DNA of 64,000 nt. Source: an uncultured Planctomycetota bacterium (lineage in GTDB: Bacteria; Planctomycetota; Planctomycetia; Isosphaerales; Isosphaeraceae). Under the pieces are notes generated by a model. That model had not been told where the DNA came from. It made no database searches and was given only the letters and a program-made list of their open reading frames with translations. The position numbers were made by a program, and so were the translations under genes. The DNA lies in contig CAWJTV010000041.1 in assembly GCA_963845755.1 (NCBI GenBank), positions 1 through 64,000 on the forward strand. Direction: 5' to 3'. Below are positions 11,678 to 20,897 of the stretch, piece after piece; the first letter of the stretch is position 1, and each line of letters begins with the position of its first letter.

Positions 11678-11735
11678 TGATAACGCCAAGGTTTAGCGAC
11701 CCGCGCAGCGGGTCCGCTGGAATGCTTCGTTAGAC
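11678..11735 (-). repeat. attC site (last of array)
   Basis: + strand tgataac..cgacccgcgcagcgggtccgctgg..gttagac. Confidence 0.85.
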
Positions 11736-12329
11736 GAGGTCTTTGCCATACGACCCGGCACGATGCCAGTTCGCCCTCAGGACGACCAAACCCAGGATCA
11801 CCGACATGAGGCCGCCCAACTCAGCACCCCAGATCGACCCACCGACCCAAGCATAGCGGAGCATCGGCCACCGCTGCTCCGGGACGCCGATAAACATACT
11901 CCTATAAAACTCGGGGCTGAGCGATGCCAGGCCCATGCCCGTCAAGCCCCCGAGGGCCCAGCAGAGGTAAGTCACCGCCAGGATGCCGAGCAGATGCTTG
12001 AGGGCGAGCCAATAGGGACAAGCCGCGCTCGTGATGATCCCCGTTCCGACCGTAAACACAAGCGAGAAGAACACCCCGAACAGGAGACCCTCGAATGCGC
12101 CCTGTGCGACGCTCGCGCACCAGACGTCGGCGACCTCGTGCCACCCGAGAATCGTGACGAAGTAGAGAGGACTGACGCGGCCATTCACGGCGTTGGTCGT
12201 TGCACCGAGGAAGCCACTCGCGAGGACGCCGCTGACTGCGATGGCCCCCAGATCGAGGGGCCGCGTCCTCTGCGGGCGGTAAGTGTCGCCGTCACCCACC
12301 GTTCGAAACCTCCGCCGACTCACGCCCAA
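11730..12329 (-). CDS. Cassette: multi-pass membrane protein
   Basis: Hydrophobic ORF; stop TAA inside R''. Confidence 0.75.
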   Translation of the reverse strand: MGVSRRRFRTVGDGDTYRPQRTRPLDLGAIAVSGVLASGFLGATTNAVNGRVSPLYFVTILGWHEVADVWCASVAQGAFEGLLFGVFFSLVFTVGTGIITSAACPYWLALKHLLGILAVTYLCWALGGLTGMGLASLSPEFYRSMFIGVPEQRWPMLRYAWVGGSIWGAELGGLMSVILGLVVLRANWHRAGSYGKDLV

Positions 12330-12374
12330 ATTCAGCGGCCCGCGCAGCGGGTGCGCTGCATCGCTTTGTTAGCC
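12317..12374 (-). repeat. attC site (R' degenerate, GTGAGTC)
   Basis: gactcac..cagcggcccgcgcagcgggtgcgctg..gttagcc. Confidence 0.85.
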
Positions 12375-12722
12375 ATCTTCTCCGAGTAAGGTACGAAGAC
12401 GCCTCACGACTTCCGCAACGACCCCCTTCGGGAGCTCACAGATCCGGGAAGCCTCGCGCACCCGCCAGTCCAGGCTCTTTACCTGGTCGGCTCCCGCCAC
12501 GCCGGTTATGGGATATCCTTCGGGCAGAGGTACTTCAAACGGATAGCCTTTGGCCTGATTGGTGATCGGACACAACAAAGCCAACCCAACCCGACCGTTG
12601 TAGGCCGCTGGCGACAGAACCAGGGCGGGACGACGCCCTGCTTGCTCATGGCCTGCTTGCGGGTCGAGGGAGATCCAGACGGCGTCTCCTCGTTCCGGGA
12701 TGTAGGCACATTTCCGCTTCAC
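12369..12722 (-). CDS. mazF: MazF/PemK endoribonuclease toxin
   Basis: YIPERGDAVWISLDPQAGHEQAGRRPALVLSP..DQVKSLDWRVR. Confidence 0.95.
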   Translation of the reverse strand: MKRKCAYIPERGDAVWISLDPQAGHEQAGRRPALVLSPAAYNGRVGLALLCPITNQAKGYPFEVPLPEGYPITGVAGADQVKSLDWRVREASRICELPKGVVAEVVRRLRTLLGEDG

Positions 12723-12961
12723 CAAACCTCCTTGCCGACGACCACTCCAGTATCCCACTCGCCGGGAAGGTTCTCGTCCGTGATGCCGCGCAACAGTTGG
12801 TCAAGCGTGAGTGGTGGCGGTGTGATGGGCTGTACGACCAGCCTGCCTTCCGACACAGACAGTTCAACGGCCCCGTCCGCCTGAAGGCCCGCCTCCTGGG
12901 CGAAGGACTTTGGGATGCGAAGAGCAAGACTATTGCCCCACTTCTGAACACGAGTCTTCAT
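12719..12961 (-). CDS. mazE: MazE/AbrB antitoxin
   Basis: MKTRVQKWGNSLALRIP..GKEVW; overlaps the mazF start. Confidence 0.95.
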   Translation of the reverse strand: MKTRVQKWGNSLALRIPKSFAQEAGLQADGAVELSVSEGRLVVQPITPPPLTLDQLLRGITDENLPGEWDTGVVVGKEVW

Positions 12962-12972
12962 GGCGACCTCCT

Positions 12973-12991
12973 GTATCTACAATGAAGATAC
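12973..12991 (-). promoter_or_regulatory. mazEF operator palindrome/promoter
   Basis: GTATCT-N7-AGATAC just upstream of the AGGAGG RBS; TTGACT further upstream. Confidence 0.6.
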
Positions 12992-13025
12992 GCGAGGCTG
13001 CTTGCGGAGTCAACAGGGATTCGTA

Positions 13026-13229
13026 TTACACGCGGCTGCCGCACTTGGTGCAACGATAACCACCGATATTGCCGACCGCGACCAGAATCCACACGGGGAG
13101 CCACAGCCCAACCGTAAACAGGCTCAGGAAGAAGTGAAGCAGGTGGTTGGGAGTGGTCCCCGTTGCCATCACCTGCCGTTCGCACACCGGGCAATAGCGC
13201 CCCGTCTGCTTCACCCCCAGGGTCGTCAA
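13026..13229 (-). CDS. Small LITAF-like Zn-ribbon membrane protein
   Basis: CPVC..NHLLHFFLSLFTVGLWLPVWIL..CTKCG. Confidence 0.65.
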   Translation of the reverse strand: MTTLGVKQTGRYCPVCERQVMATGTTPNHLLHFFLSLFTVGLWLPVWILVAVGNIGGYRCTKCGSRV

Positions 13230-13239
13230 CTTCTCTGTT

Positions 13240-13297
13240 GGCTAACGATAAGGTTCAGCGGCCCGCGCAGCGGGTCCGCTGCAACCTTAGGTTAGGT
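13240..13297 (-). repeat. attC site
   Basis: ggctaac...gttaggt. Confidence 0.9.
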
Positions 13298-15025
13298 GGC
13301 CGCCGCACGAAATCCGGACAAAGCATCCGCGACGAATCTCGGCATCTCATCCAGCCCGGCGACAAGCCCTTCTACGCTGGCCCTATGGTCGGAATGGCGT
13401 TGCCAATACTCTCGGCCGGCGTGGAGTACCGCACAGAGTAGATCGCCAGGGAAATAGTTCCCCTCGGCCAGCGGGTCGGTGCCCAGATGCTCCAAGGCCA
13501 GCGGCATCAGGAACATGAGACCCTCACGCTGTCCGATCATTAGGCGCACTCAACAATAAGTTACCGAATTTGGCTCTGTTTTCTGTGCGGTCGTATCTGA
13601 TAATTCCACTCGCCGTGAAAACTGTTACGGCGTATGAGGACTTCGGATAATTGCATACTGGATACGGTCTTTGCCTTCTGGTAGTGATTCTCGTCGAGCC
13701 AAGCGTGAACTTCCAGGCCCTCCTTGGTTCGCGTGCAGCCGATCAGCTTGACGACGATCTCCAAGGTCTCCAGGGGAACACCTCGCCAATTGCGGGTGAT
13801 GTGGCAAAAGAGCCGATGCTCGATCTTGTTCCACTTGCTCGTGCCCGGTGGATAGTGGCAAAGTTCCACTGCCAGGCCCGTTTCGTTGGCGAACTGTTGA
13901 ACGGCCCACCTCCAGAGGCGCGTTCGCGGGCTGTTGCTGCCCCCACTGTCGGCCGTGATCAGCAACCGCGTCGCTCGCGGATATCTGGGTTGCCCCAGGC
14001 GCTCCCACCAGCGACGAATCGCGGCGACCGCGAACTCGGCCGTATCGTGGCTGATCCCCACCGACACGCCGGCTTCGTTGTGGGCCAGGTCGTAGACCCC
14101 GTACGGCACCGCCTTGCCGAGCTTCTTGTCCGGGAAGTCATGGGTCTTGACCTTCTTGGGGTCTCCCTTCCTCCGGTAACTGCGACCCGGATTCTTGAGA
14201 TTTCCCAGGGGCTCTTTCTTCTTCGTATCCACCGATATGGTCGGCTGTCCCGCACGCTGGAAGGCGGTGACTCGCTTGCTGATGTGTCGGAATTGTGCAT
14301 CACGATCCGGATGCTGCTTGCCTTCGATCGTCTTGCGGTTGGCTTGCAGGCTATAGCCGCACTCATGCAGGAGTCGGCCCACCGTGTTGGCGCTCACCGC
14401 GAACCCGTCTCGCGCCAGCTCATCCGCCAACGTCCGCGTGCTCTTACACGTCCATCGGAGTGGCGACATGGGGTCGCCTCGCGCCGGCATCGACCAGCTT
14501 CTGCAGGGCTTCGACGAGCTTCGGCTGCTCGGACTCGCGGCATTTACGGCCGCCGCCAGACCGGCGTTGTTGGGTCGGCGGTGGCGAGTTGAGATCATCC
14601 AGTTCCCGAATCCCGGTTCGAATCGTGCGGTCCGACATCCCTGTAGCAGCAGCCACCGCTTCGATGCCGCCCCAACCGAGCGACCGCGCCTCCACTGCGG
14701 CCCATCGCCTTCAAGCGCGCTCATCCAAGTCCCCGACAATCGCGGAATACTTCTCACGAATCCATTCGACGACTTGTGTGTTCGGCATCCTCGGAAATAT
14801 CATCCAACCTGCCGTCGTCCGTCAATACCAATTTCGGTAACTTATTGTTGAGCGCACCCTTAGTCTCAGATCCTCCACGGTGAGCCGCCCGATCGGGATC
14901 TTGCGTAGACGAAGGCATTTCGTGACAAGCGAGGTATCTTCAGGCCCGGGTGACGGCGACGAGATGCCCTCGAGCTGGTCGAGGCAGAGATTGCGTCGTT
15001 CGGCTTCGAAGTCTCGGATACTCAT
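13292..15025 (-). pseudogene. CdiI-type (contact-dependent inhibition) immunity protein interrupted by ISAzo13
   Basis: Removing 13543-14859 plus one TAA rejoins LRKIPIGRLTVEDLRL|MIGQREGL..PLAEGNYFPGDLL in frame. Confidence 0.85.
13543..14859 (-). mobile_element. ISAzo13-family IS (transposase ~13561-14788 with an internal stop and a frameshift)
   Basis: TIR ..CTCAACAATAAGTTACCGAA; 3-bp TSD TTA/TAA; GDPMSPLRWT, ISVDTKKKE, PPGTSKWNKIEHRLF motifs. Confidence 0.92.
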
Positions 15026-15050
15026 AAAAAGAGCTCGATGCGACAGGGCC

Positions 15051-15111
15051 GCCTAACTCGAATGGTCACCGGCCCGCCGTCAGGCGGGTCCGCTGCATCG
15101 CATCGTCAGGG
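15051..15111 (-). repeat. attC site (R'' degenerate)
   Basis: gcctaac..ggcccgccgtcaggcgggtccgctg..gtcaggg. Confidence 0.8.
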
Positions 15112-15752
15112 ATTGCCCGCCGGCACTTCCGCCCGACGCTTCAAGAGGAGGTGGGCTGCGGCCAACGCCTCGTCATCCTCCAGATCCCATACACCTCCCG
15201 CATCCAGACGCCCGGCGGCCATGGCGAGATTCGACATCATCTGTCCCAGCCGCCAGTTCGGGTGCTCATGCCCTAGCCTGGATTCCCATGGAGGCAAAAA
15301 CGGGGTAGGCTACGACGCAATCCATAAACGAAGCAAAATTCGTCGAAGTGGGTTTTCCCCTGGATTTCAAGTGGTTCTGGCTTGAAACGGCTCATCGAAA
15401 CGCCTCTCTCGATGTTAGGTGATCCGTAAACTGAAAAAAGAGCATCCACGGTGTCAACTCAATGCATCCACTGTGGTGAATTCGATAGATTTGTCGCAAG
15501 AACCCCTTGTTTTCCAGGAGGAAGTGAGATTCGATCGACGAACATATCATCCATGGTGATCAAGTTAACTTAGTGGGAGACCCACCTTTAACTCTTGGAG
15601 GAGCATAACCAGTTCCGAGGCGAAAAGCTGAGTATCGCGGGCTTTTTTCCAATCATGCGGCAACAAATGTTAGCCCAATCTGCCTCCATGGGAATCCAGG
15701 CTAGCTCAATTAAGGCATTCAGCAATTCCATACGTATTCCATCAGTCGTCAT
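15106..15752 (-). pseudogene. Small protein (putative TA partner) interrupted by MITE
   Basis: Removing the MITE gives MTTDGIRMELLNALIELGHEHPNWRLGQMMSNLA..VWDLEDDEALAAA in frame; ATGA overlap with the upstream gene. Confidence 0.75.
15277..15700. mobile_element. MITE copy 1 (424 bp, CTAG flanks)
   Basis: Perfect 20-bp TIR CCTGGATTCCCATGGAGGCA; CTAG on both sides; no transposase; near-identical copy at 20474. Confidence 0.9.
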
Positions 15753-16048
15753 AGCCGCTCCTTCACGGTAGGCAACCCGCCGACAGCCACGGGTAGCATG
15801 GCCGTGACTTCCACGGTCACCAACGTACCCGGCAGATCCTTCGCGACGCGCGTTGGCCGCGTCACGCCGTCGTTGATAACAAGCTCGCCATCAGTGCCGC
15901 GACTGACTTCCAATGGCGGCATGCCAGCGACTGACAAACCATGGCGGGCCATCTGACGGTGGAGTTTCATCGGGTCAACCCCGTCACGGCGACCACCCGG
16001 AAGATGAAGCGTGGCGGGATCAACCTGCAGGAACTCGCGGTCGCTCAT
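15749..16048 (-). CDS. Small ParB/Srx-like domain protein
   Basis: MPPLEV..GELVINDGVTR motif resembles the ParB-N DGxxR motif. Confidence 0.55.
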   Translation of the reverse strand: MSDREFLQVDPATLHLPGGRRDGVDPMKLHRQMARHGLSVAGMPPLEVSRGTDGELVINDGVTRPTRVAKDLPGTLVTVEVTAMLPVAVGGLPTVKERL

Positions 16049-16109
16049 GTGGTTAGTCTAACGAATCCCCAGCGAAACCGAAAGCAATTCCGGCCGATCC
16101 AGACTACCG

Positions 16110-16971
16110 GTCGGGTAAGGAGGTGCTGTCGCCAGCACCCCCTCCCCTCAGAACTGCACGGGCGCCGTTTCGACGCATGTAGCTCAAGCCTTCAACAACG
16201 CCTCTGCGTGGCACGACCGAGCGGCTCCGCCGGCCCACGACACCCCTAACGAGACGCGGTCTCCCCATTGGCCTTGGGGTCAACCTGGACGTTACTGCGA
16301 CCGAGCCGGCTACCGAGGTTCGGCGGGGGCCGCACCACGGACGTCGCCGCCCGTAACAGTTCTGCATTGCCCCCTTTGCCGGTTGGCTGTCGGTTCACGT
16401 CCGTCAACACCCGGGGGAAGTCGGCTCGCTTTCGCGCGGGGTGATGTCCCAACCCCGATCCGGCCCGTTACAGGCCGACGTTCGCTTCCTCCCCCGTCCT
16501 TTACCCGCCGCCCCATCGGCTCGCCTTGCGACGGGCCTACCCCGCGGGAGGACGACGGGCTTACCACGTTGCATCGCAGGAATCCTCATGGGTTAGGCCC
16601 CGCCTCGACGCCGGTGGCTCGTCATCTGCGCCGGATGAGTTAGGAGCATCCGGACCTGGCCACTCACCGTTTTGGTCCAAGCCTGTCAGCACCTTTGGCT
16701 TGTTCTTGGTGACGACGCTTACGGCGGTTCACCTGGGTTGGCCGTACCCCGCGCCCCTGGTCCCCGACCACCTCGATGCTGGCAGTCGCGGCCTCGGCTC
16801 GCGATCCGGCCGCCACCCTTACGGGTGAGGATCCGTTGTCCCGAGGGCTTCGCACCCCGCCGTTGCCGGCGACGCACGCCCCGGTAGGGGACTGCTGGCA
16901 GAACAGCAGGTGTCGTCACCTCCTCATAATTGGAAGAGCAACACACTTCCTGCGACACCCTCGTGTCGCAC
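16110..16971 (-). ncRNA. ORF-less group II intron (862 nt) inserted in an attC core
   Basis: 5' GTGCG, DV GAGCTACATGCG..GTGCAGTTC, DVI ending CCCGAC; homologous to the two long introns; flanks rejoin as GTTAGG|CGG. Confidence 0.9.
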
Positions 16972-17028
16972 CCTAACGCCCAAGATCAGCGGCCCGCGGA
17001 GCGGGCCCGCTGGATCGCTTCGTTAGGC
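16972..17028 (-). repeat. attC site (R' split by intron)
   Basis: cctaac..cagcggcccgcggagcgggcccgctg..gttaggc. Confidence 0.9.
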
Positions 17029-17051
17029 GCGAACAGGGCGGCTAGGAGTCG

Positions 17052-17276
17052 TCACGCGCCCGCGACTACAACGTACCCCTCAACCCAGTGGTCCTGATCG
17101 ACTCGGTACTCATCGACGTGGAACCCGTCCGGTACCTCCGAGAAGCCGGGCAGGCGACCCAAGCGCGCCACGGCCGCGTCAGCTTTCTCTCGTGAGGAAT
17201 ACACGCCAAGGAACTTGACATCCTCGCCGCCGTCTTCCCGCGTATGCACGTGCTGGAGCACGAAGACGCTCGCCAT
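17052..17276 (-). CDS. Small acidic putative immunity protein
   Basis: VFVLQHVH..DVKFLGVYSSREKA..PGF..PDGFHVDEY..WVEGY. Confidence 0.7.
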   Translation of the reverse strand: MASVFVLQHVHTREDGGEDVKFLGVYSSREKADAAVARLGRLPGFSEVPDGFHVDEYRVDQDHWVEGYVVVAGA

Positions 17277-17293
17277 TGTGGCCCTCCCGATCG

Positions 17294-17506
17294 TCACTCG
17301 AACGCCCGGTCGCCCCACTTCTTGATCTTGCTGAACTCGCTACCTGGCCCGGTCGGGTAGTTCCCGGCCCCGTACATATCGTCGAGCAACCGCTCGGCGA
17401 AGTCGCGCCCATTCTCGATCGCGAAGGGCCGCTCCCCCTGCGCCCAACCGGGCACATCATCGGCCGCCTCTTTGCCACTCAGCCCCGACTTCCTCTTCTT
17501 GTGCAT
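17294..17506 (-). CDS. Stand-alone polymorphic-toxin-tip-like protein
   Basis: GKEAADDVPGWAQGERP..FAERLLD..YG..GPGSEFSKIKKWGDR resembles RHS C-terminal toxin tips. Confidence 0.55.
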   Translation of the reverse strand: MHKKRKSGLSGKEAADDVPGWAQGERPFAIENGRDFAERLLDDMYGAGNYPTGPGSEFSKIKKWGDRAFE

Positions 17507-17584
17507 CGCGTTCGCCGGGCCACAGCACCCATGATCCAGTGGTAGTGAACCCCATTATACCAGGACCCGCTTCGGCTCTTCGAC

Positions 17585-17640
17585 ACCTAACGCCCAGGTT
17601 CAGCGGCCCGCCTCAGGCGGGTCCGCTGCAACCGGAGGTT
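17585..17640 (-). repeat. attC site split at R'' by the IS91-like element (R'' lies at 19051-19057)
   Basis: acctaac..gtccgctgcaaccggag|gtt; joined to gttaggc at 19051 it matches the attC sites at 13240 and 21716. Confidence 0.85.
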
Positions 17641-17805
17641 CAAGTAAGCCGCTGCGCGGCAGGTTCCCTTGACCTCATCCAGTGTATCGCGACAGCCTGT
17701 CCCGGTCACCGCCTTCCCTCTCACCGTTCTCTGGCACTTCCCCGCGCCGTGGGCCATGGTTCTTCCCAGTGGCCATTTCCTCCTCCACTGCCAAAGGACC
17801 CGCCC

Positions 17806-18672
17806 ATGACCTCCTTGCTCCGTCAGCGCATGCGCCAGGACCTCCAGCTCGCCGGACTCTCCGAGCGCACTCAGGACGCTTACCTCCGCGCCCTCCGCCA
17901 ACTCGCCGACCACTTCCACACTCCCCCCGACCGCCTCACCGAGGCCCAACTCCGCGACGACTTCCTCCACCTCAAGAACGATCGCCGCTTCGCCGCCGCT
18001 TCCCTCGGCATCGCCTACAGCGGCATCAAATTCTTCTATGCTCACACCGTCCCCCGCGATTGGCCCACCCTCAAACGCCTCCGCGTCCCCAGGGAAAAGC
18101 GGCTCCCCGACGTCCTCTCCGTCGACGAGGTGCGACAGCTCATCGCCGCGGTCCGCATGCCCCACAATCGTACCTATCTCCAGACCGTCTACTCGCTGGG
18201 GCTCCGACTCGGCGAAGGGCTGCACCTTCAGGTCAGCGACATCGACAGCGCCCGGATGATGGTCCACGTCCATCGCGGCAAGGGGGCCAAGGATCGCTTC
18301 GTCCCACTGCCACCCCGCACCCTCAAGGCCCTTCGCCAGTATTGGGCCACCCATCGCCATCCCTCCTGGTTGTTCCCCGCCACCGGCCGCGATCACCACC
18401 AGGCGGCACACGCCGACGGTCCCATGGAACGCTCCAGCGTCCAGGGGGCCCTCCGCCGCGTCGTCCGCGACCTGGGCTTCCGCAAGGCCATTTCGATTCA
18501 TACGCTTCGACATAGTTATGCGACCCATCTTCTCGAAGCCGGGGTCAACCTGCGGCTGATCCAGCAGTCCCTCGGCCATAGCTCGTTGCAGACCACCATG
18601 GTCTACCTCCATCTGACCACCGTCAGCCACGAGCAGGCCCGCGAACGCATCGACGCGTTGATGGAGTTTTGA
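17806..18672 (+). CDS. Tyrosine recombinase (IS91-associated type)
   Basis: SAM-like N-domain; GLRLGE, GKGAKDR, HTLRHSYATHLLEAG, LGHSSLQTTMVYLH. Confidence 0.93.
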   Translation: MTSLLRQRMRQDLQLAGLSERTQDAYLRALRQLADHFHTPPDRLTEAQLRDDFLHLKNDRRFAAASLGIAYSGIKFFYAHTVPRDWPTLKRLRVPREKRLPDVLSVDEVRQLIAAVRMPHNRTYLQTVYSLGLRLGEGLHLQVSDIDSARMMVHVHRGKGAKDRFVPLPPRTLKALRQYWATHRHPSWLFPATGRDHHQAAHADGPMERSSVQGALRRVVRDLGFRKAISIHTLRHSYATHLLEAGVNLRLIQQSLGHSSLQTTMVYLHLTTVSHEQARERIDALMEF

Positions 18673-18675
18673 GCC

Positions 18676-18975
18676 ATGCCCACCGTCGCCGAGGTGGTGC
18701 GGCGGTATGGTCCGGCCTATCTCGAACGGTTCGGGGCCACGATGCCCGCGGCGCACCGGAAGGTGCTGCGCGACATCGCCGCCTGCCGGACCGCGCGCTG
18801 GGAACGGTGCTCTACCGTTGCGAGGACTGCGGGCGGATGCACGCGTTGGGCCGATCGTGCGGCAACCGCCATTGCCCGAGCTGTCAGCGCGACAAGGCCG
18901 AAGCCTGGCTCGAGAACCACACCGATCGCCTGCTGCCGTGTCCGTACTTCCTGGTCACCTTCACCCTGCCGTCGG
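18676..18975 (+). pseudogene. IS91-family (Y2) transposase, N-terminal Zn-binding fragment
   Basis: IAACRT(frameshift)LG..CEDCG..SCGNRHCPSCQ..LLPCPYFLVTFTLP, then truncated. Confidence 0.88.
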
Positions 18976-19089
18976 GGCTGTGTGGTCGCGCCGGGCTTCT
19001 TGAACAGGGATTGGAGGTCCGGCTTCGCGGACTCCAATCCTTTATGGTTGGTTAGGCTCCGCACCCTCACCGGCCCTGGGCGCAATCCC

Positions 19090-19422
19090 CTATGGTAACT
19101 CGAGCACGGAGGCCGCCGGATCGGATAGGAACGCTCGGATGTCCGCAGCCCTCGACCGCAACAATGCTTCGACATCCCGCGTCGGTCCGTTGCCGACTCG
19201 CAACCAGATCACCTTCGGTGGCGGGCCGCAGGTCGCCGACAGGTTCCGGAAGTCCGCATCCTTCGAGACCACCGCCAGGCCGCGGGCCGCCGCGTAGGCC
19301 CGCACCACCCGGTCGTCGGCTGAGGACAGGCCCACCAAGAGTACCTGCTCGGACCCCGGGAAGTCATTCGCCAGCAGCGCCGGCAGCCGCCGCGACAGGT
19401 TCTGGTCGAATAGCAAGCTCAC
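19090..19422 (-). CDS. DUF5615/VapC45-like PIN toxin
   Basis: LLFDQNLS..VVSKDADF..GPPPKVIWLRVGN. Confidence 0.9.
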   Translation of the reverse strand: MSLLFDQNLSRRLPALLANDFPGSEQVLLVGLSSADDRVVRAYAAARGLAVVSKDADFRNLSATCGPPPKVIWLRVGNGPTRDVEALLRSRAADIRAFLSDPAASVLELP

Positions 19423-19634
19423 GCGACCGGTACCGGAAGTTGGGCGGCGGCGAAGGCGTAGCAGGCCCGGACGTCATCGGCGGTCAGCTCCGGAAACTCG
19501 GCGAGGAGTTCCGGCACGGTCATCCCCCCGGCGAGGTACTCCAAGACGTCCCGCACGGTGATGCGCATACCGCGGATGCACGGCTGGCCGCTTCGCTTGC
19601 CCGGCTCGATGGTGATGATCTGAGTGTAGTCCAT
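19419..19634 (-). CDS. DUF433 antitoxin
   Basis: ITIEPGKRSGQPCIRGMRITVRDVLEYLAGGM..FPELT..DVRAC. Confidence 0.92.
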   Translation of the reverse strand: MDYTQIITIEPGKRSGQPCIRGMRITVRDVLEYLAGGMTVPELLAEFPELTADDVRACYAFAAAQLPVPVA

Positions 19635-19723
19635 ACCACCGAGCCTATCCGCCTCTTGGATAACGGTCAACGCCCGGCTGGAGACGTTCGTTGGAGGATG
19701 GCCCTTCACGCCCATCCTCTGCG

Positions 19724-19783
19724 GCCCAACGCCGAGGCTCAGCGGCCCGCCGCAGGCGGGTCCGCCGCGTCGCTTGGTGAGGC
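19724..19783 (-). repeat. attC site (degenerate R'')
   Basis: gcccaac..cagcggcccgccgcaggcgggtccgc..gtgaggc. Confidence 0.8.
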
Positions 19784-20176
19784 GAGTCGATACCCCACCT
19801 GAACCGCCAAGCCGAGGAGCCGCTCGATGAAGCGTGGCTCCTTGACCTCCTGCACGCCCAGGCTGAAATGAGCCGTGGCCTTGAAGAACTCGGCGAACCA
19901 GTCAAGATCATTCAGGCCAGGAGGTGGCTGGAAGACATGGCCTTGGCCGCTGGCATACCGCTCGAAACCCGCTTCCGCGGCCTCGCCGATGCGATCGACG
20001 AGGAAGACGCTGCCGAGCGAGTAGCGCTTCGGCGCGGCGCCGTCGCCAACGACGAACCAGATTGCGTTATGGAGCAGGGGCTGGACGGGCCTGTTGGTGA
20101 GCAGCCGTAGCGGCTCCCCCTCGTGCAGAGACTTACCCATGCGCTCGGTGTTGTGGTACGCGACGAAGTGCCGCAC
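19739..20176 (-). CDS. Cassette hypothetical protein (reads through a mutated R'' stop)
   Basis: MRHFVAYHNTERMG.. after GGAGG; TAA in R'' changed to TCA. Confidence 0.65.
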   Translation of the reverse strand: MRHFVAYHNTERMGKSLHEGEPLRLLTNRPVQPLLHNAIWFVVGDGAAPKRYSLGSVFLVDRIGEAAEAGFERYASGQGHVFQPPPGLNDLDWFAEFFKATAHFSLGVQEVKEPRFIERLLGLAVQVGYRLASPSDAADPPAAGR

Positions 20177-20196
20177 AGTTCGCCTCCGAATCCGCG

Positions 20197-20254
20197 ACCT
20201 AACGCTCAAGATCAGCGGCCCGCGGAGCGGGTCCGCTGGATCGCCTCGTTAGGC
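20197..20254 (-). repeat. attC site
   Basis: acctaac...gttaggc. Confidence 0.92.
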
Positions 20255-20467
20255 TAAAGCAGTTGACGGAACTCGTCGATCGTGAGGCCGGCACCCCGCA
20301 CGATCGTGCCCATCGTGATCGCGTTGATTCGGATTATGGCGAGGGATGGTCACGATGCGCGTGCCGTCGGTCATCACGATGTGCTTGCCCTGACGCCGAA
20401 TGTGGAAGCCGGCTTTCTCCAAGGCGCGGACTGCGTCGAGATGATTTACGCCCGGCAGCTTGGGCAT
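20254..20467 (-). pseudogene. hicA: HicA toxin (+1 frameshift near 20330)
   Basis: MPKLPGVNHLDAVRALEKAGF..RQGKHIVM..TIPRHNP; removing one base gives INAITMGTIVRGAGLTIDEFRQLL*. Confidence 0.85.
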
Positions 20468-20473
20468 GGCTAG

Positions 20474-20897
20474 CCTGGATTCCCATGGAGGCAAAAACGG
20501 GGTAGGCTACGACGCAATCCATAAACGAAGCAAAATTCGTCGAAGTGGGTTTTCCCCTGGATTTCAAGTGGTTCTGGCTTGAAACGGCTCATCGAAACGC
20601 CTCTCTCGATGTTAGGTGATCCGTAAACTGAAAAAAGAGCATCCGCGGTGTCAACTCAATGCATCCACTGTGGTGAATTCGATAGATTTGTCGCAAGAAC
20701 CCCTTGTTTTCCAGGAGGAAGTGAGATTCGATCGACGAACATATCATCCATGGTGATCAAGTTAACTTAGTGGGAGACCCACCTTTAACTCTTGGAGGAG
20801 CATAACCAGTTCCGAGGCGAAAAGCTGAGTATCGCGGGCTTTTTTCCAATCATGCGGCAACAAATGTTAGCCCAATCTGCCTCCATGGGAATCCAGG
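20474..20897. mobile_element. MITE copy 2, between hicB and hicA
   Basis: Same TIRs and CTAG flanks as 15277-15700; one substitution seen. Confidence 0.9.

Larger units (their letters stand above)
17638..19050 (+). mobile_element. IS91-like element with accessory tyrosine recombinase, internally deleted
   Basis: Recombinase + transposase Zn-binding fragment; no TIR; begins GTTC; subterminal hairpin GGATTGGAG..CTCCAATCC (~19007-19040); abuts GTTAGGC. Confidence 0.8.

Noticed and set aside
17806..18672. Tyrosine recombinase as the integron's IntI
   Set aside because: It lacks the IntI-specific insertion before HxLRH, lies mid-array and is coupled to an IS91-type transposase
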